Shown one piece after another: positions 52,327-63,434 of a stretch of 64,000 nucleotides of DNA. How positions within the stretch are numbered: position 1 is the stretch's first letter; every line of letters starts with the position of its first letter. The DNA lies in the NCBI GenBank assembly GCA_963693105.1, contig OY843752.1, positions 1,577,222 through 1,641,221 on the forward strand, in the 5' to 3' direction. Under the pieces are notes generated by a model. That model had not been told where the DNA came from. It ran no database searches and saw only the letters and a program-made list of their open reading frames with translations. The stretch is from an uncultured candidatus Porisulfidus sp. (lineage in GTDB: Bacteria > Pseudomonadota > Gammaproteobacteria > Poriferisulfidales > Oxydemutatoraceae). The position numbers and the translations under genes were made by a program.

Positions 52327-52362
52327 CCGAACGATGGCGGACCTCAGCCCCGGAGCGATGCG

Positions 52363-53562
52363 ATGGCCCGCAGGAAATTGCATCCGCGCTCCGTCGCCAT
52401 CCGCACGCAGGCCGGCAGAACAGCGCAACATGAGCACTCGGTTCCGCTTTACCTGACGTCGAGTTATCTCTTCGACAGTCTCGAACACGGCCGCGCCCTG
52501 TTTGCGAAAGAAGCAGCGGGCAACATCTACGGCCGCTACCACAACCCGAACGCACGCGAGTTCGCGGACAAGATAACCGCGCTGGAAGGCGCCGAGGCCG
52601 GGCTGGCATTTGCCTCGGGAATGGCGGCGCTGTTCGCGGCGCTGCTGGGGCTGCTTGAGCAGGGGCAGCGCATCGTCGCCTCGTCCTGCCTGTTCGGATC
52701 GACCCTGCAAATTCTGACGCGGCTGCTGCCGAAGTGGGGCATTGAATGCACGCTGGTCAACCCGTCGGCGACGATGGAAACGTGGGAGCGGGCTTTTGCT
52801 CCCGGCACGCGGCTGTGCCTGATTGAAACGCCGTCCAACCCGCTGATGGACATCATTGACATCCGGGCGCTCGCCGATTTGTGCCGTGCCAGGGACGCCG
52901 TCCTGCTGGTGGACAACGCCTACGCGACGCCGGTGCTGCAAAACCCGATTGCGCTCGGCGCGCACCTGGTGATGCACACGGGCACCAAGTACATAGACGG
53001 CCAGGGAAGAGTGCTCGGCGGCGTGCTGGTCGGCGAACAACCGCTGATCGAACCGCTGGAAACCTTCCTGCGCCACACCGGGCCGACGCTGTCGCCCTTC
53101 AACGCCTGGGTGCTCAGCAAAAGCCTCGAAACACTGCACCTGCGCGTGCACGAGCATTGCGCCAACGCGCTGCAACTGGCGCGGTTTCTGGAAGGGCACA
53201 AACAGGTCGAATGGGTGCGTTACCCGCAACTGCCGTCGCACCCGCAACATGAACTGGCGGCGCGGCAGATGCGGCGCGGCGGCGGTATCATCACGTTCCA
53301 CCTGCGCAAACCGGAAATCGCGGCCTTCATTGACGGTCTTGAGATGTGCTCGCGGTCGGCCAACCTCGGCGACACACGCACCATCGTGACCCACCCGCGC
53401 TCGACCACGCACAGTTCGATCACCGAGGAAGAACGCCTCGCCATCGGCATCACCGGGAAGCTGGTGCGGATATCGGCGGGGCTGGAGCACATTGACGACA
53501 TCATCGCCGATGTGGACCAGGCGCTCGCCCGGCTCGATTCACCGACGCGCGTCAGTAGTTGA
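52363..53562 (+). CDS. metZ: O-succinylhomoserine/O-acetylhomoserine sulfhydrylase (MetZ/MetY-type Cys/Met-metabolism PLP enzyme)
   Basis: 399-aa member of the PLP-dependent transsulfuration family, with the TKYIDG PLP-binding lysine region. Confidence 0.8.
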   Translation: MARRKLHPRSVAIRTQAGRTAQHEHSVPLYLTSSYLFDSLEHGRALFAKEAAGNIYGRYHNPNAREFADKITALEGAEAGLAFASGMAALFAALLGLLEQGQRIVASSCLFGSTLQILTRLLPKWGIECTLVNPSATMETWERAFAPGTRLCLIETPSNPLMDIIDIRALADLCRARDAVLLVDNAYATPVLQNPIALGAHLVMHTGTKYIDGQGRVLGGVLVGEQPLIEPLETFLRHTGPTLSPFNAWVLSKSLETLHLRVHEHCANALQLARFLEGHKQVEWVRYPQLPSHPQHELAARQMRRGGGIITFHLRKPEIAAFIDGLEMCSRSANLGDTRTIVTHPRSTTHSSITEEERLAIGITGKLVRISAGLEHIDDIIADVDQALARLDSPTRVSS

Positions 53563-56500
53563 AAGCGACCTGCTCGACGCCGTCAATGCGTTGCAGGCGG
53601 CACAGCATCTCCTCGCACGGCCGCACCTTCCAGTCGTCGCCGAGCCGCAGCCGCGTCGCCGCTTCGGCGGTGCGCAACGAGACAATGACGGGACAGCCGC
53701 CCGGCTCGATGAAAGGCGACAGGGATTCCTCCAGCCGCCCGGGCAGGCGTTCGTCCTCGTCGGCGTCGGCGCGGATGCTGATCTGGACGTTCTTCGAGAA
53801 GCGTTTGCGCGCCTGGTCGAGCGTCAGGATGGTGCGCGTGCGCCAGCGGCTGGTCTCGCGGGTGTTGTCGTAGGCGTTGCGGTACACCTCGACCACGACG
53901 ATGTCGTCGTGTGACAGCATGTCGGCGTAATTGGCGTAATCCTTGTCGAACAGGGCCAATTCGAGGCGCCCGCTGCCGTCGTCCAGCGTAAAGAACGCGG
54001 CCTTGCCCTGGCGCGTGTAACGCACGCGCATGTTCATGATCACACCGGACAGCCACAGCGTTTTGTGTTCGCCCATGTTCTGGACAGACGCATCGCCGGC
54101 GAGCCGCTTGACCTCGTGCAGACTCATGTCGGTCATGCTCGTCAGCTCCTGGCGGTACCACGAGACCGGGTGGTCGGTCAGGTAGAGGCCGAGGCTGTCG
54201 CGTTCCATCTTCAGCAGTTGCTCCCGGCTGATCCGCTCGGCGGTGTCGAGCGGCGGACAGTCGCTCTCCTTCGGCGGTTCGCCAAACAAATCGCTCTGCC
54301 CGGTGTTGCGGTTGTTCGCGCGCTGCTCGGCCAGCGCGTAAATTCTCGGCAGATGATGAAGCATCGCGCCGCGGTCGTGCTCGACGGAATCGAAAGTGCC
54401 CGCCCGAATCAGCGTCTCCAGCAAATTCTTGCTGATGGCCGGCACCAGGCGCGCGCAGAAATCGCGCAACGAGGAATACGCGCCGCCGACGCGGCGGTCC
54501 TCGACGATGGTCTCGATGGCGGCGGCGCCGGCATTGCGAATCGCGCCCATGCCGTAGAGGATGCCGCCGCCGTCCACCTCGGCGAACCCGTATTCCGAAC
54601 GGTTGATGTCGGACGGCTCGACCTCGAGACCCATCAGGCGGCACTCGCCGATCAAATAGACGATCTTGTCGGTGTCGTCCATGTCGGCGGACATCACCGC
54701 CGCCATAAACGCACCCGGGTAGTTGGCCTTGAGCCACGCGGTCTGGTAGGCAAGCAGCGCGTAGGCCACCGAGTGGGACTTGTTGAAACCGTAATCGGCG
54801 AACTTCTCCATCTGGTCGAAAATGTGCGTAGCCGTCCTTTTCTCGACGCCGCGCGCCACCGCGCCCTCGACAAACACCGTGCGCTGCTCCGCCATTTCCT
54901 TCGTGATCTTCTTGCCCATCGCGCGGCGCAGAATGTCGGCGGCGCCGAGTGTATAGCCGGCGAGCACACGTGCAATCTCCATCACCTGCTCCTGGTAGAG
55001 AATGACGCCGTAGGTCGGCTCCAGAATGGATTTCACCTTGGGGTGCGGAAAACGGATGCGCGCGACATCGTGCTTGCGCTCGGCGTACTCATCGCTCATG
55101 CCGGACTGCAGCGGCCCCGGGCGGTAGAGCGCCACCAGCGCGACGATGTCGTCGAAATGGTCCGGCCTCAGATTTTTCATCAAGCGGCGGATGCCCTCGG
55201 ATTCCAGTTGAAATATGGCGGCGGTGTTGCCTTCGCGCAGCAGGTCGTACACTTTCGTGTCGTCGAGCGGAATGCGGCCGATGTCAATGTCGGCGGCGCC
55301 GCGCGCGCGCAGGTGGGCGACCGCCCTGGCGATGACCGTCAGCGTCTTCAGGCCGAGAAAATCAAACTTGACCAGGCCGATTTTCTCGATGTCCTTCATG
55401 TCAAACTGGGTGACCGCGTTGCGGCTGCCGGGTTCGCAATACAGCGCGGTGTAATCCTCCATCGGCGTCGGCGAGATGACGACGCCGCCGGCGTGCTTGC
55501 CCGGGTTGCGCGCAAGGCCCTCGAGTTTTCTCGCGTCGTCCAGAATCTGGCGCACGTCGTTGTCGTTGCGGCACCACTCCGTCAGTTCCTGCGACTGTGT
55601 GAGCGCCTCATTCAGCGTGATGTTGATCTGGTTGGGAATCAACTTGGCGACGCGGTCCACGAAGCCGTAGGAATGTCCCAGCACGCGGCCCACGTCGCGC
55701 ACCGCCGCCTTCGCGCCGAGGCTGCCGAAAGTGATAATCTGGCTGACACGGTCGCGCCCGTAGCGATCGACGACGTACTGGATGACGCGGTCGCGCCCTT
55801 CGATGCAGAAGTCCACGTCGAAATCGGGCATTGAAACCCGCTCCGGGTTCAGGAAGCGCTCGAACAGCAGGTCATAGTGGATCGGGTCGAGTTCGGTGAT
55901 GCCGAGCGCCCAGGCCACCAGCGAACCGGCGCCCGAACCCCGCCCCGGCCCGACCGGAATCCCCTCGCGCTTCGCCCAGGCGATGAAGTCGGCGACGATC
56001 AGAAAGTAACTCTGATAACCCATGTCGCCGATGATCTCGAGCTCGGAAGCCAGCCGCCGGTGGTATTGCTCGTGGCCGGACGAGTCCGTGCCGGCAAGCC
56101 GCTCCTCAAGCCCTTTGCGCGCGCCGGCGGTAATCTTGTCGGCGGCGGTCTCGCCCTCGGGCAGCGGAAAATCCGGCAGCAGCGTCTTGCCGAATTCCAG
56201 TTCGAGCGTGCAGCGCGTCGCGATCTCGACGGTGTTTTGAAGCGCGCCCGGAACGTCTTTGAACAACGCTGCCATTTCCTCGGCGCTCTTCAGATACTGC
56301 TCCGGACTGTAACGCCGCGGGCGGCGCTTGTCGGCCAGGATGTGGCCCTGGCTGATACAGACCTTGGCCTCGTGCGACTCGAAATCCTCGCGCCTGAGGA
56401 AGCGAACGTCGTTCGTCGCGACGACCGGCAACGCCGATTTCGAGGCCAGCGCCAGCGCGCGTTCGAGATACGCCTTCTCGCCCTCGCGCCCGGTGTTGTG

Positions 56501-57010
56501 CAACTCGATGTAATAGCGGTCGGCGAACAGTCCGGTCCAGAAAGACAGCGCCCGGTCGAGCCGCTTGCTCTCACCGCTCGCCAGCGCCTTGCCGATGTCG
56601 CCGCGCGGACCGCCCGACAACGCAATCAGCCCCTCGTTGCAGTCCTCAAGCCAGTCGCGGAGGATGTGCGGCGTGTCGTGCTCCTGGCCCTCGACATAGG
56701 CGCGGCTGACCAGCCGCGTCAGATTGTGATAACCGCGCTCGTCGCCGCACAGCAGCACAATCTCGTCGGCGGCCTCGTTGGTGTTGTCGGCGCGGATGTG
56801 CAACTCGCAGCCGATGACGGGTTTGATGCCGCGCTCCATCGCCGCGCCGTAGAACTTGATCGCGGCGAACAGGTTGTTGAGATCGGTCAGCGCCACCGCC
56901 GGCGTGCCGCGGCGCGCCGTTTCTTCCATCAACTCGGGGATGCGAAGCAGACCGTCGTTGATGGAGTAGCCGGTGTGCAGGTGCAGGTGAACAAACGGCG
57001 GCGTCTTCAT
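53552..57010 (-). CDS. dnaE: DNA polymerase III alpha subunit DnaE
   Basis: Protein [24 protein letters not shown]... with an N-terminal PHP domain; 1152 aa. Start is internal Met92 of the track ORF. Its start overlaps the rnhB stop as ATGA. Confidence 0.95.
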   Translation of the reverse strand: MKTPPFVHLHLHTGYSINDGLLRIPELMEETARRGTPAVALTDLNNLFAAIKFYGAAMERGIKPVIGCELHIRADNTNEAADEIVLLCGDERGYHNLTRLVSRAYVEGQEHDTPHILRDWLEDCNEGLIALSGGPRGDIGKALASGESKRLDRALSFWTGLFADRYYIELHNTGREGEKAYLERALALASKSALPVVATNDVRFLRREDFESHEAKVCISQGHILADKRRPRRYSPEQYLKSAEEMAALFKDVPGALQNTVEIATRCTLELEFGKTLLPDFPLPEGETAADKITAGARKGLEERLAGTDSSGHEQYHRRLASELEIIGDMGYQSYFLIVADFIAWAKREGIPVGPGRGSGAGSLVAWALGITELDPIHYDLLFERFLNPERVSMPDFDVDFCIEGRDRVIQYVVDRYGRDRVSQIITFGSLGAKAAVRDVGRVLGHSYGFVDRVAKLIPNQINITLNEALTQSQELTEWCRNDNDVRQILDDARKLEGLARNPGKHAGGVVISPTPMEDYTALYCEPGSRNAVTQFDMKDIEKIGLVKFDFLGLKTLTVIARAVAHLRARGAADIDIGRIPLDDTKVYDLLREGNTAAIFQLESEGIRRLMKNLRPDHFDDIVALVALYRPGPLQSGMSDEYAERKHDVARIRFPHPKVKSILEPTYGVILYQEQVMEIARVLAGYTLGAADILRRAMGKKITKEMAEQRTVFVEGAVARGVEKRTATHIFDQMEKFADYGFNKSHSVAYALLAYQTAWLKANYPGAFMAAVMSADMDDTDKIVYLIGECRLMGLEVEPSDINRSEYGFAEVDGGGILYGMGAIRNAGAAAIETIVEDRRVGGAYSSLRDFCARLVPAISKNLLETLIRAGTFDSVEHDRGAMLHHLPRIYALAEQRANNRNTGQSDLFGEPPKESDCPPLDTAERISREQLLKMERDSLGLYLTDHPVSWYRQELTSMTDMSLHEVKRLAGDASVQNMGEHKTLWLSGVIMNMRVRYTRQGKAAFFTLDDGSGRLELALFDKDYANYADMLSHDDIVVVEVYRNAYDNTRETSRWRTRTILTLDQARKRFSKNVQISIRADADEDERLPGRLEESLSPFIEPGGCPVIVSLRTAEAATRLRLGDDWKVRPCEEMLCRLQRIDGVEQVAFNY

Positions 57011-57657
57011 GGTTCGAGCCGATAGTCCTGCACGAGCGTTTCCCTGACCCCGCGGTAACTTTTGCGGTGAATCTCGCAGGCGCCGTGGGTCTGCAACGCG
57101 CGCAGGTGCTCGCGCGTGCCGTAGCCCTTGTGCGCGGCGAAATTGTAGGCCGGGTAGTCTGAGTGCAGGTTCACCATGCGGCGGTCGCGCTCGGTCTTCG
57201 CCAGAATGGAGGCCGCCGAAATGCAGCCGACGCGGGCGTCGCCGCCGACGACGGCGCAACACGCCACGGCGGTGTCGGGGCACCGGTTACCGTCAATCAG
57301 CGCCAGTTGCGGCGCCACCGCCAGCCCCCGCAGGGCGCGCGTCATCGCGAGCAATGTCGCGTTCAGGATGTTCAGTTCGAAGATCTCGCCGACATCGGCG
57401 CACGCCACCGACCACGCCAGCGCATCGCGCTTGATGACTCCGGCAAGCGTTTGTCTTTGCTCCGCGCTCAGGGTCTTGGAATCGGCACAGCCATCCACCG
57501 GGCGCAGAGGATCGAAAACCACCGCCGCCGCGACCACCGGCCCGGCCAGCGCCCCCCGGCCCGCCTCGTCCACGCCGGCGACGAGGCGCCGCCCGAAGTC
57601 CGGCAGGCGCGCGCCGGCGGCAACGAGTTTCGGCAATATCGGGTCGGCGGCTGTCAT
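57007..57657 (-). CDS. rnhB: Ribonuclease HII RnhB
   Basis: Has the [15 protein letters not shown] catalytic motif; 216 aa. Start is internal Met128 of the track ORF. Confidence 0.88.
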   Translation of the reverse strand: MTAADPILPKLVAAGARLPDFGRRLVAGVDEAGRGALAGPVVAAAVVFDPLRPVDGCADSKTLSAEQRQTLAGVIKRDALAWSVACADVGEIFELNILNATLLAMTRALRGLAVAPQLALIDGNRCPDTAVACCAVVGGDARVGCISAASILAKTERDRRMVNLHSDYPAYNFAAHKGYGTREHLRALQTHGACEIHRKSYRGVRETLVQDYRLEP

Positions 57658-57745
57658 GGTCAGGCATGATTTTACACCCGACCCTATATAATGCCGCGCC
57701 GACGCCGCAAAAAGGCGGCAACGACACACGGCACGGGAGGCTGGC

Positions 57746-58171
57746 ATGAACAATCGGGAAATTATCAAACGCTTCGAGCAGATGTGGTGCGAAGGAAACC
57801 ACGCAATCGCATCCGAGATTATTGACGAGAATGTCACATTCAGAAGTTCTCTGGGCGTGAAAAACTCGGGACTGAGCCCTTTCATTGAATACCTTGACGG
57901 AGTTCTCAAGGCGCTGGGCGATTTTCGGTGCGAACTCGACGACATGATTTCGGAAGGAGACAAGATCGCGGCGAAAATGCTTTTCCACGGCAAACACAGA
58001 GACGTGTTTTTCGGCGTCGAGGCGACGAACAAAATCATTCAATGGGATGCCATCGCCTTCTTTGAGATCAGGGACGGGAAGATTCAGTCGCTGTGGTTTC
58101 TGGGAGATGTGGACGGCATCAGAAGGCAATTGTCGCCGGAGGGGGGTGTGCAGGCCTCGTGGAAGGGGTAA
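57746..58171 (+). CDS. SnoaL-like/NTF2-fold protein (ester cyclase family)
   Basis: 141-aa NTF2-like fold protein ([13 protein letters not shown]...). Low GC. Followed by about 330 bp of AT-rich non-coding sequence. Confidence 0.55.
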   Translation: MNNREIIKRFEQMWCEGNHAIASEIIDENVTFRSSLGVKNSGLSPFIEYLDGVLKALGDFRCELDDMISEGDKIAAKMLFHGKHRDVFFGVEATNKIIQWDAIAFFEIRDGKIQSLWFLGDVDGIRRQLSPEGGVQASWKG

Positions 58172-58497
58172 TGCTTTCGTTTCCAGAGCGAAGGCAGTGC
58201 GTATAACAGAATTTTGGGCCGCCAATCGAAAGTTGGCGAAAATGTACCCGGAAAGCAAGGAGCCAAAAAAGCGGATTTGGACTCTTGCATAAGGGAAGTT
58301 GCCTTCAAAACAAACCCCATGGAATGGTCGGCATTTTGATGTCGTGAATCGTCCAACAATGCCGCCTCAATAACAGAGCTTTTGTAGTCGTGCCACACAT
58401 GAGCGTTACAATACAGATTACGCAGGAGTCCTTTCACTTGCTTCGAGGGGATAATTACCATATTTTAAACTTCGTCAAGTTGTTGGAGGATTAACCA

Positions 58498-59664
58498 GTG
58501 CCCACCCCCACCCGCCGTATCATGCTGGTTGCCGGCGAGGCGTCCGGTGATCAGCATGCGGCCAGGTTGATTCGCCGGCTGCACGAGGTCGGCGGTTTCG
58601 AGTGTTGCGGCATGGGCGGCGACGCCATGAAAGAGGCGGGGGCGAACCTGCTGGTGGATTCCACCCATCTGGCGGTGGTCGGCCTCGTCGAGGCCGTGCG
58701 TTACTACCCGGCGTTGCGGCGCGCGTTTGGCACATTGAAGCGCGCGCTGAAACGCGAACCTCCCGATTTGCTGGTGCTGGTGGATTACCCGGAATTCAAC
58801 CTCAAACTGGCGAACATCGCGGCCAGACGCGGCATCCCGGTCCTGTTCTACATCGCGCCGCAGGTGTGGGCGTGGCGCAGCGGGCGCGTCAAAAAGATTT
58901 ACCGCAACGTCTGCCGGCTCGCGGTCATCCTGCCGTTCGAGGAGACGTTCTTCGCATCGCACGGGGTGCCGGCGGACTACATCGGCCATCCGCTGATCGA
59001 GGACATCGAACACTGGGAACACACCCGTCCGGCCGCCGACACCGCCAGCCCACCACGCAAGAAAAAAACCGTGCTGCTGCTGCCCGGCAGCCGGCGCAGC
59101 GAAATCGAGCGGCTGCTGCCCACACTTTGCGCCGCCGCCGCGAAGTTGACGAAACGCCTGGGCGGCCGGGTCGCTTTCCGGCTGCTGCGCGCGCCCGGCA
59201 TTGACGAGCGCCTGCTGGCGCCGTGTCTGCAACAGAATACTTTCGACTGCGAACTCGCGTACGGGGAAACCTATCTGGAGATGAAGCGCGCCGACGTCGC
59301 CATCAGCGCCACCGGCACGACCATCCTGCAACTCGCGTTATGCGGCACGCCGACGGTCGGCATCTACAAACTGTCGCCGGCAACCTGGTTCGTGGCCCGG
59401 CGCCTCGTCAAAATTCCCTACGTGAGCCTCGTCAACATCATCAGCAGCAAGCCGGTCATCCCCGAGTTGCTGCAAGACGAGGCCACGCCGCAGGAGATTT
59501 GCGGGCAAGCCTACGATTTGCTGACCAACGTCAAGCGCCGCCGGGAAATGCAGCAGGACTTTGCCGATGTGCGCAAACAGCTCGGCACCCACCGCTCTTC
59601 CGAAAGACTCGCGGAAATCGTGCGCGAGATGACGCAGGCCGCACCCGCCGGCACACACGCTTAA
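58498..59664 (+). CDS. lpxB: Lipid-A-disaccharide synthase LpxB
   Basis: 388-aa GT19-family protein (MLVAGEASGDQHAARLI...). It is on the opposite strand to rnhB-dnaE. Confidence 0.9.
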   Translation: MPTPTRRIMLVAGEASGDQHAARLIRRLHEVGGFECCGMGGDAMKEAGANLLVDSTHLAVVGLVEAVRYYPALRRAFGTLKRALKREPPDLLVLVDYPEFNLKLANIAARRGIPVLFYIAPQVWAWRSGRVKKIYRNVCRLAVILPFEETFFASHGVPADYIGHPLIEDIEHWEHTRPAADTASPPRKKKTVLLLPGSRRSEIERLLPTLCAAAAKLTKRLGGRVAFRLLRAPGIDERLLAPCLQQNTFDCELAYGETYLEMKRADVAISATGTTILQLALCGTPTVGIYKLSPATWFVARRLVKIPYVSLVNIISSKPVIPELLQDEATPQEICGQAYDLLTNVKRRREMQQDFADVRKQLGTHRSSERLAEIVREMTQAAPAGTHA

Positions 59665-59670
59665 GCCGCC

Positions 59671-60771
59671 TCATTCTTCCCACGGCAGCCCCGCGTTGGC
59701 AACGTGCATCGTAGTCGTCGGGAATGCGATCTCAGCGTTCTGCCCGGCGACGATGTCGTGCACCTTCAGCAGCACCGACTGCTTGACCTCGTGAAACTCG
59801 GCCCAGTCGGTCGTCTTCGTGTAGGTATAAATCAGAATGTCCGCCGAGGAGGCGGAAAACTCGTTCAGATTCACGATCAGGGTCTTGCCCGTGTCAATCG
59901 CCGGGTGCGTCTGCAGCATCCGCTTGACGCCGTCCACAATCGCGGGCACGACGGCGATGTCGTCGTAGCGCACGCCGATGGCCTCGTTAATCCTGCGGTG
60001 ACTCATGCGTGACGGGTTCTCGACCGCGATGTTGGCAAACGCCGAGTTGGGCACATACAGCGGGCGCTGGTCGAACGTGCGAATGCGCGTCAGCCGCCAG
60101 CCGATATACTCGACGGTGCCCTCGATTTCACGGTCGGGCGAGCGAATCCAGTCGCCCTCGGTAAAGGGCCGGTCGAGGTAAATCATCAGCCCGCCGAAAA
60201 AGTTGGCCAGCATGTCCCTGGCGGCGAAGCCGGCGATGACGCCGCCGATGCCGCCGAACGTGAGCAGTCCGGCGATGCTGTAACCCATCGTCTGCAACAT
60301 CATCAACCCGGCGGTGACGGCGACGGACGCCCGCAGCAGTTTGTTCAGCGCGCGCGCGCCGGCGCGGTCGAGTATCCTGCCCTTGCCCTCTTTCTCAAGC
60401 AGCCGCTGCTCGAAACCTTTCAGAAAGCGCAGCACAAACCACACCAGCGTCAGGATGATCAGCAGTTTCCTGGCGGTGCCGATGAGTCCGGCCAGATAAG
60501 CGTCGGCATCGTGCCACGCAAACTCCGCGGCGTAGGAAATGCCGACGGTCCAGATGAACACCGTCAGCGGCCTCTTCAGGCTGGTCAGCAATATGTCGTC
60601 CCAGGTCGTGGCCGTGCGGCCGGCGCGCTGAATCAACTTGCGCACAAACAGGTTGACCAGCCAACTGGCGGCCATCACCCCGAAAACAATCATGAACAGC
60701 GCCAGCACAAACCACAGCGGCGAATCCGGGCCGATGCCCAGATAATTCGATTGACGTAAAAATTCCTGCAT
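59671..60771 (-). CDS. Mechanosensitive ion channel, MscS family
   Basis: 366 aa with TM helices and the conserved MscS beta-domain region (GTVEYIGWRLTRIRTFDQRPLYVPNSAF). Confidence 0.85.
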   Translation of the reverse strand: MQEFLRQSNYLGIGPDSPLWFVLALFMIVFGVMAASWLVNLFVRKLIQRAGRTATTWDDILLTSLKRPLTVFIWTVGISYAAEFAWHDADAYLAGLIGTARKLLIILTLVWFVLRFLKGFEQRLLEKEGKGRILDRAGARALNKLLRASVAVTAGLMMLQTMGYSIAGLLTFGGIGGVIAGFAARDMLANFFGGLMIYLDRPFTEGDWIRSPDREIEGTVEYIGWRLTRIRTFDQRPLYVPNSAFANIAVENPSRMSHRRINEAIGVRYDDIAVVPAIVDGVKRMLQTHPAIDTGKTLIVNLNEFSASSADILIYTYTKTTDWAEFHEVKQSVLLKVHDIVAGQNAEIAFPTTTMHVANAGLPWEE

Positions 60772-60778
60772 GATTTCG

Positions 60779-61810
60779 TTACCTGTGCCGCTTCAGCAAA
60801 TCAACGGCCTGCCCGTAATCAAACGGTTCGCGCGCGGCGGCTTGCAGCGTGCGGCGCGCCGAGTCCCAACGTCGCGCCGCCGCTGCATTGTATTGCTCAA
60901 TCTCGCTATCGGCAAAACCCGCCATCAGATTCCGCGCCATGGCTCGATTATTGCAGACCAACGCGATGTCGCAACCGGCGTCAAGCGCCCGCTTGAGCGC
61001 CGCCGCGTCCAGGTCGAGGCAGCCGGCCATGCCGAGGTCATCGCTGAAGACCGGCCCGCGAAACCCCAGCCGTCCGCGCAAGACATCGCGCAGCCAGTAG
61101 CGCGACAGGCTCGCCGGAACGGCGTCCGCCTCAGAGTAGATTACGTGCGAGAGCATCACCGCGTCGAGCAGCCCCGCCGACGCCAGCGCCTCGAAGGGCC
61201 GCAAGTCGGCCGCGGCAATGGCGTCGAAACTTCGCCCGTCGCGGACGGCCTGTTCGTGGGTGTCGCCAACCGCCGAACCGTGTCCGGGGAAATGCTTGCC
61301 GACCGCGATCATGCCGGCGTCGTGCAGCCCTTCGATAAAAGCGCGCCCCAGCGCGGTGACGACACGCGGGTCGGAGTGAAAAGCGCGCTCGCCGATGACG
61401 CCGCTTTTGCCGGTGTTGATGTCGAGCACCGGCGCAAAACTGAAATCAATACCGACATCGCGCAACTCATGCGCGATGACGCGGCCAAAGGCGCGCGCGA
61501 CGCGCAGGGCGCGGTCGCGGTCGCGGTCGTACAGCCGTCCGACGGAAGCGGGCGCCGGCAGCGCGGTGAAATGTTCGCGCAACCGCTGCACACCGGCGCT
61601 TTCCTGGTCCACCGCGATCTGCAGTCCGCGCTTCACCGCCCGCACCTCGTCCGTCAGGCCGCGCAACTGCTCCGGGTCGCGGTAGTTGCGCGTGAACAGA
61701 ACAACGCCGCCGACCAGCGGGTGGGCGAGCAGGCTTTTTTCTTCGGGCGCGAGCGCCGGGCCGTCCAGCCCGACCATAAAGACGCCGCAATCGCTCGTTG
61801 TATTGCTCAT
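60779..61810 (-). CDS. nagZ: Beta-N-acetylhexosaminidase NagZ
   Basis: Aligns with E. coli NagZ (HPLVGGVVLFTRNY, KHFPGHG); 343 aa. Start is internal Met67 of the track ORF. Its start overlaps the coaX stop by 4 nt. Confidence 0.88.
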   Translation of the reverse strand: MSNTTSDCGVFMVGLDGPALAPEEKSLLAHPLVGGVVLFTRNYRDPEQLRGLTDEVRAVKRGLQIAVDQESAGVQRLREHFTALPAPASVGRLYDRDRDRALRVARAFGRVIAHELRDVGIDFSFAPVLDINTGKSGVIGERAFHSDPRVVTALGRAFIEGLHDAGMIAVGKHFPGHGSAVGDTHEQAVRDGRSFDAIAAADLRPFEALASAGLLDAVMLSHVIYSEADAVPASLSRYWLRDVLRGRLGFRGPVFSDDLGMAGCLDLDAAALKRALDAGCDIALVCNNRAMARNLMAGFADSEIEQYNAAAARRWDSARRTLQAAAREPFDYGQAVDLLKRHR

Positions 61811-62556
61811 TCGCGCCACCCGCGCGACTCGCCGACAAGAATCATGCCCTCGAACACCAGATTCGGCGCCGACAGAAAACTCTGCCCCGGCACTTCGGCC
61901 AGCACCTGCACACCGCCGCCGGTGGCGACGATCTGCGCATCGTCGTCGCCCCGCGCGCGCAAGTCGCCGACGATGCCGTCGAGCGCCGCGTGAAGCATGC
62001 GCCGGCAACCGGCGCCAATGGCGCTTCCGGTATCGGTGGCGAGCACATTCCCGGCATCGGGGTTCACTTCTTCCAGGCGGTGCGTGCCGCGCCGCAGCGC
62101 ATCATGCAGCAGGCCGGGTCCGGGCAGAATCACGCCGCCATGGTGCAGGCCGTGCGCGTCGAGATAATCCAGCGTCACCGCGGTGCCGCAATCAACGACG
62201 ATGCACGAGCAGGCGACGCGATGCCACGCCGCGACCAGCGCGAGACAGCGGTCCACCCCCAACTGCTCCGGCCGGTAGCGCGTGGCCACCCCGCAAACCG
62301 GCAGCATCGGCGACAACACGACCGGCTCGATCGCAAAGACCGTGCGCACCACTTCCGCAAAGCGGGCGTTGTGCTCGTCGCCGGCGACACTTGCGACGTG
62401 CACCGATTGCGGCGCCTGCCGCAGGTGCTTTTCAAACGAGCCGCGCAAGCCGCCGTCCATGCTGCCAACCGGCACGGCGTCGCAAAAAGTGATAGCGTCT
62501 TTTTCATAGCGCGCGTATTTGCAGCGGCTGCTGCCAATGTCCACAAGCAGCCTCAC
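61807..62556 (-). CDS. coaX: Type III pantothenate kinase CoaX
   Basis: 249 aa with an N-terminal MRLLVDIGSSRCKYA motif (DxGxT-like ASKHA fold). Confidence 0.88.
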   Translation of the reverse strand: MRLLVDIGSSRCKYARYEKDAITFCDAVPVGSMDGGLRGSFEKHLRQAPQSVHVASVAGDEHNARFAEVVRTVFAIEPVVLSPMLPVCGVATRYRPEQLGVDRCLALVAAWHRVACSCIVVDCGTAVTLDYLDAHGLHHGGVILPGPGLLHDALRRGTHRLEEVNPDAGNVLATDTGSAIGAGCRRMLHAALDGIVGDLRARGDDDAQIVATGGGVQVLAEVPGQSFLSAPNLVFEGMILVGESRGWRE

Positions 62557-63374
62557 AGACGCACACTCACTTCTTCGCAGCGGCAGATCTTCATGCCGCC
62601 TTGCGCCTGCACGCGCAAACAGGCCTCGCGGTTGACGCCCCTGGCCACGCCGCTGAAAGAGCCTTTGGCCGAGACCACTTCAACCGGCCTGCCGTGCAGA
62701 AAATCAAGCGGCGCGAAACGCTCGACCATGGCCCCGGCGCCGACCGACGACACGCAGTCGGCGGCCTCGACGACGGCCTCGACCACCAGCGCCGCCAGAC
62801 GACCGGGAGCCGCCGACATCAGCCCGGCCTCGGCCAACGTCGCCCATGGCCGGTCAATCGCGGCACCCGCGCGCGCCGGCACGGCCACGTTGATACCGGC
62901 GCCGGCCACGCACAGCGAGCCGCGCCGCTCAATCAGAACACCGCCGAGCTTGGCGCCGGGCACGCCGCCGCAATACAGATCGTTCGGCCACTTGACACCG
63001 ACTTCGCGCGCGCCCGCCTCGCGCAAACGCCGCGCCAGCGCCACCGCCGTCATCAGGCCGAGCCAGTCGGCCCGCGTGTTTTTGACAGACGCGCGCCACG
63101 CCGCCGAGAGATACACGTTGCCGCCCGGAGGCGAAACCCAGACGTTGCCGAAGCGCCCGCGCCCCGCCGTCTGCGATTGCGCCAGACACAAATCGAATCG
63201 TTTATTCGCGGGGCTGCCCGCGGCTTCATCCGCGGAATCGGCCCGCGACAGCAGGTAATCGCTGGTCGAGTCCACGGTGTCGAGCACGCAAAGCGAGGCG
63301 ATGCGGCGCCTGGTTTTTACCGGCAGGTGTTCAAGCAGGCAGGCGGATTCAAACGGGGACGCGGGGGGTTGCAC
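62553..63374 (-). CDS. birA: Biotin--[acetyl-CoA-carboxylase] ligase BirA (class I, no HTH)
   Basis: Has the QTAGRGRFGNVWVSPPGGNVYLS and KWPNDLY motifs. The start is uncertain; the GTG at 63374 is picked by hand. The track ORF's 5' extension to 63827 overlaps the divergent yceI gene and promoter and is rejected. Confidence 0.7.
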   Translation of the reverse strand: MQPPASPFESACLLEHLPVKTRRRIASLCVLDTVDSTSDYLLSRADSADEAAGSPANKRFDLCLAQSQTAGRGRFGNVWVSPPGGNVYLSAAWRASVKNTRADWLGLMTAVALARRLREAGAREVGVKWPNDLYCGGVPGAKLGGVLIERRGSLCVAGAGINVAVPARAGAAIDRPWATLAEAGLMSAAPGRLAALVVEAVVEAADCVSSVGAGAMVERFAPLDFLHGRPVEVVSAKGSFSGVARGVNREACLRVQAQGGMKICRCEEVSVRL

Positions 63375-63434
63375 GGGCCGTATTTTACATGGCCGCGCCG
63401 CCAATGCGATAGAATACGCCAAACCGGAGTCGCC

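Noticed and set aside
53552-53562. 11-bp convergent overlap of the metZ and dnaE 3' ends
   Set aside because: It is a real sequence feature but a common kind of compaction. No functional signal could be inferred from it.
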